Assembly: GCA_964499445.1 (NCBI GenBank)
Contig: CAZCLE010000002.1
Coordinates: forward strand, 19,677 to 83,676
Reading direction: 5' to 3'
Length of the DNA: 64,000 bases
Source of the DNA: an uncultured Dehalococcoidales bacterium
Lineage (GTDB): Bacteria; Chloroflexota; Dehalococcoidia; Dehalococcoidales; GCA-2688105
Part shown: positions 62,837 to 64,000 of the stretch, one piece after another
How the letters are laid out: every line of letters begins with the position of its first letter
How positions within the stretch are numbered: the stretch's first letter is position 1
Translations under genes and position numbers: made by a program
Notes under the pieces: model-generated
The model's database searches: none
What the model saw: only the letters and a program-made list of their open reading frames with translations
What the model was told of the DNA's origin: nothing

Positions 62837-62912
62837 AGGGGCGAAGCCCCTTCAGAAAATTCTTCCCCATCTCCTTTGAAGGAGAGGGGGATACAGGGGG
62901 TGAGGTTGATTA
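62836..62912 (+). repeat. Intergenic GC-hairpin repeat, copy D (full two-module form)
   Basis: AAGGGGC-GAA-GCCCCTT (62836-62852) begins on the last base of the dapF stop. It is followed by CTTCCCCATCTCCTTTGAAGGAGAGGGGGATACAGGGGGTGAGGTTGATTAAC, which runs into the dapL start region. Confidence 0.8.
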
Positions 62913-64000
62913 ACAATCTCATATCAAAACGGGTGGAAAATCTACCACCTTATCTCTTTGTAGAAATTAGTCGGAAGATTGCCGAGAAAAGGGCGAAGGG
63001 CGAAGAGGTGATTAGCTTCGCTATCGGCGACCCCGATATACCAACGCCATCTCACATAATTAACAGGCTGCTTGAGGCAGCCCAAGACCCGGCTAATCAC
63101 CGCTATCCGGAGACAGCCGGTTTACCCGAGCTGCGTCAGGCTATAGCCGAATGGTATCAAAGACGCTTCGGTGTTTCTCTCAATGCCGATTCAGAGGTAT
63201 TACCCCTTATTGGTGCCAAGGAGGGTATTGCCCATATTGCCCTGTGCTTTATTGACCCCGGGGACATCGCCTTGGTGCCTGACCCGGCCTACCCGGTTTA
63301 TTCGATAAGCACTGCCTTAGCCGGTGGGGAGCCTTACTATATGCCACTTGATGCGGAGAATAATTTTCTGCCTGATTTGAAGGCTGTACCTGATGACATT
63401 TGGAAAAGGGCTAAACTTCTGTGGCTCAGCTATCCTAATAACCCCACCGGCGCCGTGGCTGACCTTGACTTCTTCAATAGGGTAGTTGAACTGGCTCATA
63501 AGCATGACGTTGCTATCTGTCACGATGGTCCATATACAGAAGTTACCTACGATGGCTATCAGCCGGTTAGTTTTATGCAAGCGGATGGAGCCAGGGAAGC
63601 GGGTGTGGAGTTCCACTCTTTATCCAAGAGCTATAATATGACCGGGTGGCGGATAGGAATGGTAGTGGGTAATCCTATTATGGTAGATGCCCTGAAGAGG
63701 GTTAAATCAAATTTGGACTCAGGGATTCCCCAGGCAATTCAATATGCTGCCATTGAGGCTTTGACCGGCTCCCAGGATTGTATCCAGGAGCACAATACCA
63801 TATACCAGAAACGCCGCGACCTGGTTGTTGAGCTGTTAAATAGTATTGGGCTTGAAGCCAAGCCGCCTAAGGCAGGTCTGTATATCTGGGCTAAGGTTCC
63901 TGAAGGCTATACATCGGTTGACTTTGCTACCGATTTGCTGGAGAAGGTGGGGGTAGCCGTTACCCCGGGAGTAGGCTATGGCCAAAATGGTGAGGGTTAT
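62900..64000 (+). CDS. dapL: LL-diaminopimelate aminotransferase (class I aminotransferase), 3'-truncated by the window edge
   Basis: My own translation: (M)RLINNLISKRVENLPPYLFVEISRKIAEKRAKGEEVISFAIGDPDIPTP...SYPNNPTGAV...SLSKSYNMTGWRIG. The start is ambiguous (GTG 62900 or TTG 62906). It is absent from the ORF track because there is no stop in the window. Confidence 0.85.
   Translation, partial: MRLINNLISKRVENLPPYLFVEISRKIAEKRAKGEEVISFAIGDPDIPTPSHIINRLLEAAQDPANHRYPETAGLPELRQAIAEWYQRRFGVSLNADSEVLPLIGAKEGIAHIALCFIDPGDIALVPDPAYPVYSISTALAGGEPYYMPLDAENNFLPDLKAVPDDIWKRAKLLWLSYPNNPTGAVADLDFFNRVVELAHKHDVAICHDGPYTEVTYDGYQPVSFMQADGAREAGVEFHSLSKSYNMTGWRIGMVVGNPIMVDALKRVKSNLDSGIPQAIQYAAIEALTGSQDCIQEHNTIYQKRRDLVVELLNSIGLEAKPPKAGLYIWAKVPEGYTSVDFATDLLEKVGVAVTPGVGYGQNGEGY

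Noticed and set aside
1-64000. The window deriving from a methanogenic archaeon (because of MtaB, RamA-type activase, MtrH, ApgM, AcnX, AOR)
   Set aside because: The backbone contains miaA, dapF/dapL, pabBAC-folP, lipobox lipoproteins, sigma70-type -35/-10 promoters, and intrinsic terminators with U-tracts. These features fit a bacterium. Phylum assignment remains unverified.

Overview
The window is 64 kb with about 60 protein-coding genes on both strands, one tRNA (Arg-TCT) and one cobalamin riboswitch. I found no rRNA, CRISPR array, transposase, integrase or recognisable defence genes. The backbone looks bacterial: miaA, dapF/dapL, pabBAC-folP, aroF-aroB, lipobox lipoproteins, strong GGAGG Shine-Dalgarno (SD) sites and near-consensus TTGACA(A)-N17/18-TATAAT promoters. 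It also carries an anaerobic, archaeal-flavoured accessory set: ApgM, AcnX, tungsten AOR, UPF0182, minimal SufCB, desulfoferrodoxin. A Chloroflexota/Dehalococcoidia-like origin is my guess only.

The centre (about 14.4-34.9 kb) is a corrinoid-dependent methyl-transfer island. It contains:
- a methanol module, mtaB-mtaC, followed by a CobW-type GTPase, an AmiS/UreI-like channel and a truncated CFeSP-like corrinoid protein;
- a RamA-type activase with a coupled unknown ORF;
- a divergent operon with a second corrinoid protein, a RACo-type activase, an MtrH-family methyltransferase, two tandem URO-D (MtaA/CmuA) paralogs plus a 3' gene remnant, and DUF2284;
- a third URO-D paralog at 14.5 kb;
- cobalamin logistics: cobO, cobQ, and a btuF-like gene behind a B12 riboswitch.

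Other items worth a second look:
- four tandem 45-bp promoter-like repeats upstream of mtaB, and three TGACAA repeats at 11-bp phasing upstream of the first URO-D gene;
- two divergent AcnX (DUF521/DUF126) pairs, one inserted between the alpha and beta subunits of a class I fumarase-type hydro-lyase and followed by an Fe-ADH and an AOR;
- a mosaic GC-rich hairpin repeat family filling intergenic junctions of the pgk-apgM-tpiA-miaA-dapF-dapL block;
- an oxidative-stress/Fe-S island;
- a GT4 / B12-radical SAM / GT2 envelope cluster.

All functional calls rest on motif recognition by eye. No database search was run.
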